Positions 41,335 through 50,439 of a stretch of DNA of 64,000 nt are shown here, in pieces. Made by a program: the position numbers and the translations under genes. The DNA comes from an uncultured virus (IMG/VR IMGVR_UViG_3300005405_000309) (taxonomy: Duplodnaviria; Heunggongvirae; Uroviricota; Caudoviricetes). The DNA lies in the IMG/VR virus record IMGVR_UViG_3300005405_000309. One strand, given 5' to 3'. The notes beneath the pieces were generated by a model, which was not told where the DNA came from, searched no databases, and saw only the letters and a list, made by a program, of their open reading frames with translations. Positions within the stretch are counted from its first letter, which is position 1. Each line of letters begins with the position of its first letter.

Positions 41335-42489
41335 CTAGGCAGTCTTCCGAACTGGCGCAGCACTCTTTTGTGCTGTATCATCTACCGTCCGTACAGGCAG
41401 CACAATACAGAGATAGGTTGAATCTCCTGCCGGTTTTAATAATGCAGGACTTAATGTCCCACTTGTCTCAAATATAACATCATCCGTATCCAAGACCCGT
41501 AGCACATCTGTAAAATACTGCGGATTAAAACTAATAGACAATTCTTCATCAGTTGCACCGCTCCGCGATATAAGCGATACTCTTTCTTTAACCTTCCCTT
41601 TTTCCCCAGCAGCCGTTAATAAGATGGCATCTCCCTCAACCCCAAATCGTATGAATTTTGAGTCTTTAGATGCCAATAGAGCTGCTCGATCAATTGCCTC
41701 CGTTAGTTCCTTTGCCTTCATTGTTATTTGTTGCTGAGTAGAAGTTGGAATAACACGCTTGTAATCTGGAAAATTCCCTGCTACCAATCGCGTTAGAATT
41801 GAGATATCCCCAAATGAGAACGTCACAAAATTGTCACCAAACCCAATTTCAACAGTTTCAGTATCATCTCGTACTAAACGGAAGACTTCATTGACGGTTT
41901 TTTCTGGTACGACGGCCTTTGCCTCAACCCCATTTGTAATGGCATCAATCTGTTTTATACTCAAGCGGTGAGTATCGGTCGCAACAAGATTCACTTTATC
42001 CTCTTCAACTTGGAATAAGATACCCGTGAAGACTTGTCGAGCCGCATCCGTATCATCTCCTGTTGCAAATGCCACTTGACGGAAAGCACTTCGAAGAACG
42101 TTCCCCTGGATGGTAATAACCTTGGTTTCTTTATTCTCAGGAAGTGGAAATTCGTCAAACGGAAATGTCTTAATACTCGCACTGGATAAGAAGTAATTAA
42201 TCGTTAATTCTTCTCCCTCAAGGACAAGTTCAATATCAATATCGGGTAACTTTTTAACCAACTCACTAAAGAGCTTTGCTGGCACAACAACACCACCAAC
42301 GCCTTCAACGTTTGCAGGTACTCTACACTTGGCTACAACCGTTAGATCTGTGGCGGTAAATGTTAGATGATCATTTTCAGCAACCATCTGAATTCCCGTT
42401 AGAACGGATAATGTAGTTTTTGTTGCCGCTGCCTTAATAACACCATTGATTCCATAAATAAGTTGAGCTTTGTTAATTGTTACTTTCAT
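41335..42489 (-). CDS. dnaN: DNA polymerase III beta sliding clamp
   Basis: ATDL, VATDTHRL, GNFPDYKRVIP, FNPQYF and VLPVR motifs. Confidence 0.96.
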   Translation of the reverse strand: MKVTINKAQLIYGINGVIKAAATKTTLSVLTGIQMVAENDHLTFTATDLTVVAKCRVPANVEGVGGVVVPAKLFSELVKKLPDIDIELVLEGEELTINYFLSSASIKTFPFDEFPLPENKETKVITIQGNVLRSAFRQVAFATGDDTDAARQVFTGILFQVEEDKVNLVATDTHRLSIKQIDAITNGVEAKAVVPEKTVNEVFRLVRDDTETVEIGFGDNFVTFSFGDISILTRLVAGNFPDYKRVIPTSTQQQITMKAKELTEAIDRAALLASKDSKFIRFGVEGDAILLTAAGEKGKVKERVSLISRSGATDEELSISFNPQYFTDVLRVLDTDDVIFETSGTLSPALLKPAGDSTYLCIVLPVRTVDDTAQKSAAPVRKTA

Positions 42490-42526
42490 AATTAAAAGTC
42501 CCCTTTCAAATTGGCGGTTAAACCGC

Positions 42527-43372
42527 TTATTTTTGTATCCCTTTTAAATAATCACTCGTTATGTACTCCGTCCGCACCACTTGATTTCGTGCATTGAAAT
42601 TCGTGTAATGACTCACTGCCACTCCTTCTGATAAGATCGTGTTTAAATATCCCAGTACAACGGTCGTTGCCATTAGATTCGTCTGCATTCGTTGTGGGTA
42701 ATTCACGACCGCCCTTCCACAAGCTTGCGATGGAAAAAAATCAGTCGCATTCCCTAAAACATCTGAGTACACACCACCAACAGGTTCCAAGATCGTACGA
42801 GAGTTATGTCGTACCCCAAGCACAACCTGGCCAGAATACCCACTCTCTCGTTCATCCTCTTCAGATATTTCCTCAGAGATAGGAAGAACTCCATCATTGC
42901 CAGCATCAATATAGATTAAACTAGGCGAATCCATAAAATGGTCATGAAGTAATCGGCGTGTAGCGTTATTGTCCACTGCACCGATTAAAACCTTAATGAC
43001 CTGAACTCCGGGATAGCTATTAAAATCGCTCTTCATAGTAAACAACTGCTTAACTGCGTCCATCGTTTCTAGGTAATTACCAATCTTGCGAATATCCATA
43101 TCATAGACATTCCCATATCGTCGGGCTAAAACATCGACTTTCTTTTTCCCCACATCTGCCTGAATGAAATTTTGGCGCCTCAGATTATGCTCTTCGACAA
43201 CATCACCGTCAGCCAAAGTAAGACAACCTTCAGTATCAAACGCTTTAAACATCCGGGTCAAAGACTGCAGGATATAGCCACCCGTGCCTCCAACCCCTAC
43301 TAATGCGATATCCCAAATGATTCTAGCCTGTGTACTTGATGGAATAACGCGCAACTCAATCGTTTTTGACAT
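42527..43372 (-). CDS. ThiF/E1-like adenylyltransferase (PRTRC-type)
   Basis: VGVGGTGG, DGDVVEEHNLRRQNF, AVDN and candidate Cys in SQACG. Confidence 0.9.
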   Translation of the reverse strand: MSKTIELRVIPSSTQARIIWDIALVGVGGTGGYILQSLTRMFKAFDTEGCLTLADGDVVEEHNLRRQNFIQADVGKKKVDVLARRYGNVYDMDIRKIGNYLETMDAVKQLFTMKSDFNSYPGVQVIKVLIGAVDNNATRRLLHDHFMDSPSLIYIDAGNDGVLPISEEISEEDERESGYSGQVVLGVRHNSRTILEPVGGVYSDVLGNATDFFPSQACGRAVVNYPQRMQTNLMATTVVLGYLNTILSEGVAVSHYTNFNARNQVVRTEYITSDYLKGIQK

Positions 43373-44771
43373 TCACTTCGCCCCCAGATCGTTCAATCCT
43401 CATGTGCCATGTTTTCTTTTCAGCGTCGGTTGGTAAGTGCCTAGGTGCGTAAGAATCGTTACCAACGATATCGAACGGATTAATACGATGAAGATTCCCG
43501 CCACAAGCAATTCGACAGTCAAAACTCTGTCCTTTTTCATCTAACTTGTCCAGGTTTCCCCATACACCAAAAATGCCCGTCGAGACGGTTTCATCAATAT
43601 CGTCCGCTTCACTAAAAAAAGCATCCCATGTATTGTGCGAATGCATTTCTAAGACTTTTGTATATTTTGCCTCTATTAGTAAGTCTTCCGAATGATTTGT
43701 CGGGAAAACTTCATCAATAGTGACTACCTGGTAAGGAACATGCGCAAAATAACGCTGACCATCCCAATATATTCGTGCAAGAGCCTCCACCGGACTTGGC
43801 CCAATTGCAAGTTTAATAAAAAAATCTCTTACGACTCGTATCAAATCCGCAGGGATTTTGGGCATGAAAAGCTTAACGCCCTCTTGAACCTGTTCAGCAT
43901 TCGGATATGCTTCGTCGTTGAGTTTTATTGCAAAAATCCCAACCTTACTAATCCTCACTTCATAAAGTCCATCCTTACCTTGCAGAAGATTGCTTATTGA
44001 AGGCCTATTAAGAAGCGCTTGCCAACTTGAATGCGTCCGGACCCATGACATATCTTTATGCGCTGCCACAGCACCTTTTTTACCACCAAAAACATCTGCA
44101 AGTACCATCCCGTGTGGTCCAAGGGCCTTGATAACTGCTTGCAAAAGGTGATGTTCAATTTCTTCAAGATCATCCAAACTCGAGATCAACGGATCTTCTA
44201 ACTCTGGTATTGAAACATGAACAACTACTCCATCTTCGACGGTATCATCATTATCCTTTGAGTCCTTCTCATTCAACGCGGGATCTTCTTCCTCTTCCTG
44301 AGTGTCATCCGCATCATCCATGACTTCTTGTGATTCCGGTACCGTCGTTTTCTCCTCTTCTTCTAGAGGCGTTACTTCTGTCTCACCCTTAGCCTTTTTC
44401 TTGGCCTTGGGAAGTTTCGGTGGAATATAACTCATCATTGTCCGTTCCTTCGATAACTCCGGAAAGCGTTTTGCCATTTCCTTACGTATCTCTTGCAATG
44501 TCAACGTTCTGTTTTTAATGAGAATGTAATGGGCCGAAAAACAGAATATCTTCATATAGTTTAGGTATTCAGGTGACTTGTCAGATACGGTCTTAGCCTG
44601 ACCAGGTTTAACATTCGTTGCAGCCATGCCGGTCGTTACTTGTGTACTTGCATTTTTTTCTTTGGCATGCTGTACAGCCCCAGCCGTAAGACCAATCGGC
44701 TTCGGCTTTTCTTTCTTATACTGTTCAGCCTCTTCAGTTGGCAAAAGCCCAAATAAATCTAATTGATCCAT
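43356..44771 (-). CDS. JAB/MPN metallopeptidase with N-terminal putative Ubl and acidic region
   Basis: VEALARIYWD and HSHNTWDAFFSEADDIDE (JAMM); internal GGKKG. Confidence 0.85.
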   Translation of the reverse strand: MDQLDLFGLLPTEEAEQYKKEKPKPIGLTAGAVQHAKEKNASTQVTTGMAATNVKPGQAKTVSDKSPEYLNYMKIFCFSAHYILIKNRTLTLQEIRKEMAKRFPELSKERTMMSYIPPKLPKAKKKAKGETEVTPLEEEEKTTVPESQEVMDDADDTQEEEEDPALNEKDSKDNDDTVEDGVVVHVSIPELEDPLISSLDDLEEIEHHLLQAVIKALGPHGMVLADVFGGKKGAVAAHKDMSWVRTHSSWQALLNRPSISNLLQGKDGLYEVRISKVGIFAIKLNDEAYPNAEQVQEGVKLFMPKIPADLIRVVRDFFIKLAIGPSPVEALARIYWDGQRYFAHVPYQVVTIDEVFPTNHSEDLLIEAKYTKVLEMHSHNTWDAFFSEADDIDETVSTGIFGVWGNLDKLDEKGQSFDCRIACGGNLHRINPFDIVGNDSYAPRHLPTDAEKKTWHMRIERSGGEVNVKND

Positions 44772-44796
44772 TCTTCAATTCCTCCTCAAACATTAA

Positions 44797-45474
44797 TTAC
44801 ATCCGTTGCCATAAATCGTCTAATGTTTCCTGTCTCGATACTAAGATATCCTTCGGAAACACGTCTTTCATCTGCATCGTTTCTATCAACTGACGATAAG
44901 ACATATTTAACATCGTTTGTGTGTTAGGACTATAAAGATGTCCATTATCAGGGCATCCAAAAAAGACCGTTGGCAACCCATTAACCTGCCAAAGCTCTTC
45001 GATCTCTGGTACATCATTCCAACAAGCTAGCGCATCGTCATAGACATTACTGTACGGATAACGATAGAGCTGAGTGTTAGGTTGAATAAACAGATCCTTA
45101 ACAGCCACAACATATTTCTTGGAAACCGCCGTCCCATTTAGAACAAACCCAAAGATTAGATCTGGAAATGGGAGATTTTGAATTCGCTGATCAAATAACC
45201 AGGTATCCCTTAACCCACTAGGAACATGAATTAATACCTTCTGCCCCCCATTGCCCGTTGCATGGCGAAGACAATTCTTAGGGAGCCAAGGTCCCTCTCT
45301 CCACACGGTACTCAAGTTAGCCTCAGCAGCATCGATGAGCATGTGCAATTTCTCAGGCAGCACTTCTTTTTCGATAACTCCGCCCTCGTCGTCTACGAAA
45401 TGCACAAACGGGAACTTGTATTTTCTTAAAAGTATGATAGCCGAACCTTTCTCCTCTAAATCCGTTAGTACCAT
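44797..45474 (-). CDS. Prokaryotic E2-like protein (family D / PRTRC B-like)
   Basis: LPFPDLIF..LYRYPYSNVYDDALACW..FF pattern; next to JAB and ThiF. Confidence 0.8.
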   Translation of the reverse strand: MVLTDLEEKGSAIILLRKYKFPFVHFVDDEGGVIEKEVLPEKLHMLIDAAEANLSTVWREGPWLPKNCLRHATGNGGQKVLIHVPSGLRDTWLFDQRIQNLPFPDLIFGFVLNGTAVSKKYVVAVKDLFIQPNTQLYRYPYSNVYDDALACWNDVPEIEELWQVNGLPTVFFGCPDNGHLYSPNTQTMLNMSYRQLIETMQMKDVFPKDILVSRQETLDDLWQRM

Positions 45475-45949
45475 GCTGCTTTAACATCTCCTTCACTTTA
45501 ATAAAATAGTGAATTACATCAACTAGCCCAAGCCAGTCACAACAAGTCTCCTCCTCCCAAATTCGGAAAAAGACAGCGCTCCCTCGAAGATTAATCTCAT
45601 AATTTTCCTCAAAATAATGAGGAAATTGTTCATCCCAACTAATGGATCTCGGCAGTTTCACCGCAAAAATAAAACTTTCATTTCTTTGCCTATTCCTGCG
45701 AATAATTGTAAACCCTAAAAATCTCAGTGTGCTCAAAGTGAATCTTAACGCCTCTTGAAAGTTATCCTCAGCATAGTAATTTCTTACCCCTTTAATTGCT
45801 GGCAACATGTCAATATGGTCATGAAACAGTTCTTGTCGATACCCACTATCTGTGAGAAGTTTCCTTGTAGATAGTTCTAATGTTGCGGCGTTAAATAGCG
45901 TAAAATCTCCCGGTGCAAACAAAAAAGGATCGAGAATATCCATCTCCAT
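45353..45949 (-). CDS. Hypothetical protein, putative paralog of 46311-46841
   Basis: DFTLFNAATLELSTRKLLTDSGY vs DVHLYNLAMSELLLRKTLYKHGY. Confidence 0.65.
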   Translation of the reverse strand: MEMDILDPFLFAPGDFTLFNAATLELSTRKLLTDSGYRQELFHDHIDMLPAIKGVRNYYAEDNFQEALRFTLSTLRFLGFTIIRRNRQRNESFIFAVKLPRSISWDEQFPHYFEENYEINLRGSAVFFRIWEEETCCDWLGLVDVIHYFIKVKEMLKQHGTNGFRGERFGYHTFKKIQVPVCAFRRRRGRSYRKRSAA

Positions 45950-45967
45950 CCACTCCTCTTGTAATAT

Positions 45968-46339
45968 TTAAAAATAGAGCTCCTCATGTCTTACTGCTGG
46001 TACTCGTCGTACTGTTTTTTCATAGTCTATGTCACCAGATTCCTGTTTTAAAAGCGTATGAAGCCATACTTGCTCTTCACCAACGTCTTCAAGCGTTGTA
46101 TCTCCGTCCATGCTTGGTACCGAGCTCAAAAGATAACTAATCCAAGCTAAATCATCAAGACTAAATTTTGTATAATCGACATTTAGAAAAAAGTCGGATT
46201 CTCCAAAATCCGTCGCCTCGATCATCAATCTGTGGAGCGGTATAAACCTTTTCACAAAGACTTCTTGATTTGTCAAAGGTGGAGGATTCTTTAAATAGTC
46301 TTCTAATACCTTAAGCAGTTCGGTCATGTATGAATTCAC
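45968..46339 (-). CDS. Hypothetical protein, paralog of 46857-47216
   Basis: Shared DY..L.W..P..D and VPA.R.EE.YF C-terminus. Confidence 0.7.
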   Translation of the reverse strand: MNSYMTELLKVLEDYLKNPPPLTNQEVFVKRFIPLHRLMIEATDFGESDFFLNVDYTKFSLDDLAWISYLLSSVPSMDGDTTLEDVGEEQVWLHTLLKQESGDIDYEKTVRRVPAVRHEELYF

Positions 46340-46841
46340 GAGCGAACACCTCCCCAGCTATCGATCTCCATGATAAAAAGTTCGATAGTAGTTGAGCCAA
46401 GTCAAGCAGGAGACACCTAATACTACTTTCTCGCTCCCAACAAAGAACCGTTTGACGATCCTTAGTAAAAAAATAGAGAGACGATAGAAAATGAAATTCT
46501 TTATTTAGAATATCCAGCCATACCTTTCTTTGACTGTTCAATCGCTGAGCACTCCACCCGTTAAGTTCTGGGAGAGTAATTTTATATACGACCTTTTTTA
46601 AAGAATGTAAACTCTTATAAGATCGCGCTACAGAATATCCAACGTATTCAAAAACTATCTTGAAGATATCCTCACCGAGATCTATGATATCCCAAGAAGA
46701 GATTTGACAATCACCAAACCATGGGAATTCTAAGGAAGAATTATACCCATGCTTATAAAGTGTTTTTCTAAGAAGCAATTCGCTCATCGCAAGATTATAT
46801 AGGTGAACATCTTCTTGGTCTAGTAAGATTAAGTCATTCAT
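46311..46841 (-). CDS. Hypothetical protein
   Basis: RBS; overlaps the next gene. Confidence 0.7.
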   Translation of the reverse strand: MNDLILLDQEDVHLYNLAMSELLLRKTLYKHGYNSSLEFPWFGDCQISSWDIIDLGEDIFKIVFEYVGYSVARSYKSLHSLKKVVYKITLPELNGWSAQRLNSQRKVWLDILNKEFHFLSSLYFFTKDRQTVLCWERESSIRCLLLDLAQLLSNFLSWRSIAGEVFAREFIHDRTA

Positions 46842-46856
46842 ATTAATTACCTTTCC

Positions 46857-47216
46857 TTAAAAATACACTTCCTCGATTCTAATTGCGGGTACCTCTTCAG
46901 GACTCACCATTGTATCCATTTGATATGCTTTACGGAATACCATATCACGCAACAACATATCCCGAGTTACCTTCTCCGCATCGTATCCATCATCAATCGT
47001 TGGAATCTGATTGATTTCCGAAATAACCCATAACAACTCTTCTTCATTAATCTGGGAGTAATCCAGATAACACGCAAAATCCTTCTCATTGGTCGTCGAT
47101 ATGATCATGTTGAATCCACTCAAGAGCCCTTTGGCATATGCTAGGCGCGATTCGCTTTCTTCATCCGGCGCTCGCATATACCGTTCAATCTCTTGTAGTA
47201 TCAGAGCGCTCATCAT
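46857..47216 (-). CDS. Hypothetical protein
   Basis: GGAGG RBS. Confidence 0.7.
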   Translation of the reverse strand: MMSALILQEIERYMRAPDEESESRLAYAKGLLSGFNMIISTTNEKDFACYLDYSQINEEELLWVISEINQIPTIDDGYDAEKVTRDMLLRDMVFRKAYQMDTMVSPEEVPAIRIEEVYF

Positions 47217-47297
47217 GGGGCATTCCTCCTATCTCAATTTTAAAAGCACCTAGTACTCAAAGTCGCTAAGTGCTTTTTATAACTCCGACAAAAATAA

Positions 47298-47771
47298 TCA
47301 TTTTGGGTTCACCCTGCGATCACGATGACGATACAAGATATTTTTAGCTAAATTACTCTTAGCTGTTACCATGTAGTAATCTTTTCGTGTTACCTCTTCA
47401 ATAAGAACATCAAACTGCTTATCTATATCTTCACGATTATTTTTTAAGAGCTTCCACATATAGGTTGTAAGAATAAAAAAACTAGGTTGCGCTACTTGCT
47501 CTGACAGAATTGATTGGATATTAGATATTTCGTGTTTTCGAGTAAAAGTATTTATCTTTGCGTTAGGAACACTCTCAATTATGTCTCTTTCACAAAAGCC
47601 TACCATCATAGGGTGGACTACCACCAGTACTTTATAATTATCCGTACAACTTTCATCAGTACTAATTATAATACTTGAAAAGGTCTCATTCCCCATTTCT
47701 TTTTCAATTAAAAGCAAATTGGTATCCCCTAAATCCTTGTTAACAAATACCGCTGACTCAAATGAATTCAT
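47298..47771 (-). CDS. Hypothetical protein, first gene after leader E
   Basis: AGGAG RBS. Confidence 0.7.
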   Translation of the reverse strand: MNSFESAVFVNKDLGDTNLLLIEKEMGNETFSSIIISTDESCTDNYKVLVVVHPMMVGFCERDIIESVPNAKINTFTRKHEISNIQSILSEQVAQPSFFILTTYMWKLLKNNREDIDKQFDVLIEEVTRKDYYMVTAKSNLAKNILYRHRDRRVNPK

Positions 47772-47809
47772 GCTCTAGCTCTCCTTTCAATTATATGTTG
47801 ATTTATAAT

Positions 47810-48017
47810 AAAAAAGAGGCTTATGTAAAATCGCCTAAAAATGGCAACGTTTAACATAAGCCTCTTGTATTTTTAAAATTTCAAGAATCCCCGAAATAAT
47901 CCAGAGATAGAAATATTGGTGAATCCGAAGTAATCCGAATTCTAAACTCTCATTCGCACCAATCCAGTAGCACGAAGAAACTCTATCGCAAAATGCGAAG
48001 GAAAATAGTAATAATAT
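47810..48017 (-). ncRNA. Conserved structured leader/attenuator, copy E
   Basis: TGcTATAAT at 48024-48032, shared core, terminator 47810-47866. Confidence 0.75.
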
Positions 48018-48051
48018 AAACTTATTATAGCATGGTTTTTTACGAAAATCT

Positions 48052-48473
48052 AAGGTTTTCTCCAGCCGATTTACGTAATCCCTAAAAATGTTACGAATAG
48101 ATTTTTCATCCAAACCTATTTCATCTGCAAGAAGACTAACGAAAGTACGCTTTAATGATTGCTGTTCTATGTACTCAATGAGCCTTTTAGTGCAGCCACG
48201 TTTATCATCCGTGCCAGGTAAAGGTTCATAGAACGTCTGCCCACATTACCTGCATTTATAACGCAGCCGGTGAACTTCAATTCCAACTCTCTTGCCGTGC
48301 ATGGGTAAATCCAAAATGAGTTGAACACGCTTTGTGTGCTTGTAGAGATTGGCTTTAGCACCACACTGGGTACAGAAAAGAGGTGGTTTAATCGTTTCCA
48401 CCCCCACTTTGTAAGCATCATCAGATTCTTGGATATTTAGGACACTGTATTCGGGTAGATTAAGTATGTTCAT
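48052..48473 (-). pseudogene. ISL3 transposase remnant
   Basis: Homologous to 50440-51525; in-frame TAA after YKCR; truncated after DYVNRLEKT. Confidence 0.9.
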
Positions 48474-48479
48474 TAGGTT

Positions 48480-48722
48480 CTACTCCTTAAACGCTACTAC
48501 TGGAAACGCCCATCCTTCTTCATCTTCTTCAATAAGGTATGAGTCCTCATTATAATTGCTTTTCTCCTTGATGGTTACTTCAGTACCTAAGAAAACATCC
48601 ATTTCAACAGGTATAGGAGGGTCTGTCATTATGTCGTAAAAATTATCTTCCCCACCGACCCCAAATTGTTCGGCTAACTCCTCATAAGTTTTTAACATTA
48701 ACTTTTGACCATTTTCAAACAT
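48480..48722 (-). CDS. ISL3 passenger, paralog of 3441-3680
   Basis: MFENGQK...; GGAGG RBS. Confidence 0.85.
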   Translation of the reverse strand: MFENGQKLMLKTYEELAEQFGVGGEDNFYDIMTDPPIPVEMDVFLGTEVTIKEKSNYNEDSYLIEEDEEGWAFPVVAFKE

Positions 48723-49001
48723 TTTCGTTTCCTCCTAAATATGAAATACTTTCTAAGTGTTAATCTACTTCCCCTACTTGAATATCGCATTTCCCACAAT
48801 ACAGTGCACGTAATAACCATCTATATGGTTCTTGTCAATTCCGTATACTGTTTTTAAATCTTCACCCTTATTATTAACCTTGAGTTTTGCCACAACAGAT
48901 ATTTGCCTATTTATCGTTTCCGCACTTAGGACATTTCAACCTCGTACTATCCATATGAACAATCAACTCCTATTCGAGGATAGCCTTTTGAATACTGGAT
49001 T

Positions 49002-49202
49002 TTATGTGTTTAGGTCAAATGGAGGCAAACACAAAGTGTTTCTAGTATCGGGCAAAATCTTGAATTCTTTATTACATTCACTACAATAAGCATGAGTAAG
49101 AATTTCAAAACCGTCTTCAATAAGGATACTTTGTATACTATTACATTTACACTCAGGACAAATAACAGCTACAGGTTTATATTCCAAAATAAACACCCCC
49201 AT
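49002..49202 (-). CDS. Small Zn-ribbon protein
   Basis: CPEC...CSEC. Confidence 0.55.
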   Translation of the reverse strand: MGVFILEYKPVAVICPECKCNSIQSILIEDGFEILTHAYCSECNKEFKILPDTRNTLCLPPFDLNT

Positions 49203-49398
49203 GAAATTATTTTGCCACTAAACAAAGCAAGTGTCCACCATATAATCCGATCTTACATTGAATGACAATGACATTAAAACTCAATGCTTTCCAATAAAAG
49301 GATAAGTGTGAAAAAATGATTTGCGAACAATTTCACCTTTTTCTTTTTTGGAACGGTTGTTCAAAATTGAAGTTCGCGATTTGAAATAGCCATCCGGA

Positions 49399-50208
49399 TC
49401 ACGGACATTGCATCTCACGGATACTAGCCAGTATCATCTGCAAAAAGATCAATTCTACTCTGCTGAAAAGTCGCACCTCATCTGTCCGAAGTGGTAAGAT
49501 AAAAACATTTAAGACTTTCACTGCCTCTTGTATAGAAGTTGTTTGCAAGCAGAAATGATCAATAATCTCTATTTCCTGAATTGAGCTGAGATAGTCCCGT
49601 AGTTGGCGCTTGTGCGCGACGAGATTCAAATCCTTGAGTTGTAATAATCCTTCGAAATCCTGCACAGCAGCAAGCACATCATGAGGTGGACATTCCATCT
49701 GAAGTAATGTCTCTGTTCGATCAAAAATGGATCTTCTGATATCAGATACTCTTTTTTCGACAGATGAACATATCGCACGGCATTTGTCACCTAGCTTATT
49801 GCACTGCTTAATATCATCATAGTCCGTGGCATACGATAAAGTAATTTCTATCTGTGAGTACAATCTATGCATTTCTTCAATAAATGTATCCATGTGGAGA
49901 ATGAGGTCTTCGCTTGTGGCCAAAGCCTCCAAAGCCTTAATGCCATCGGAAAGAACATTTTTTTCGTAAGGCGTATTGGTTCTCCCTATAGTACGTTCGA
50001 CCCTTCTCCCGGTTAAGTAGTTCTTGTATTCTTGCGGGCTAAGTATACCCGCCAAAAAACCAGCTGCTTCCATTTCTCTAAGCCTGTCGAACGTGTCGGT
50101 ATCGGGCCACCGCTTCTTGAACCTGTAGCCCTCTAACGTCAGTCGCTCTAAACGTTTATAATCAAGGTGAGCTTGGAAGGCCCTAATGAGCCGGGTAACG
50201 ATATTCAT
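49399..50208 (-). CDS. Hypothetical protein
   Basis: 269 aa, AGGAG RBS. Confidence 0.7.
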   Translation of the reverse strand: MNIVTRLIRAFQAHLDYKRLERLTLEGYRFKKRWPDTDTFDRLREMEAAGFLAGILSPQEYKNYLTGRRVERTIGRTNTPYEKNVLSDGIKALEALATSEDLILHMDTFIEEMHRLYSQIEITLSYATDYDDIKQCNKLGDKCRAICSSVEKRVSDIRRSIFDRTETLLQMECPPHDVLAAVQDFEGLLQLKDLNLVAHKRQLRDYLSSIQEIEIIDHFCLQTTSIQEAVKVLNVFILPLRTDEVRLFSRVELIFLQMILASIREMQCP

Positions 50209-50439
50209 GGATTACTCCTTTCCGCCCCAGTTTCCTAATCTGTAACAGGTCTTTGCAATCGTGCTATTTATCAGCTCTCTTGTCTGTAGTACTTGCAATT
50301 ACCTTGAATCTGCAACATGCCAACCCCTTCCCTCCCATCTGCTTTCACAGAATTCTATGGTACTATGGGTTAGTCGGATTTCCTATAATGCATTTGCTTA
50401 CCTTGCTCGTTCCATTGCTTGAGTTCGCATACTGATTCC

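Noticed and set aside
47810..48017. Leader as a c-di-GMP riboswitch or T-box, prompted by the nearby GGDEF gene
   Set aside because: I could not find the GEMM GGCAAAC/GNRA-receptor layout or the T-box UGGNACC sequence. An Rfam scan is still needed.
7050..48035. Repeated leader as a CRISPR array or MITE
   Set aside because: Copies are 4-15 kb apart with no spacers. I saw no terminal IRs or TSDs, and all copies sit between a promoter and an operon.
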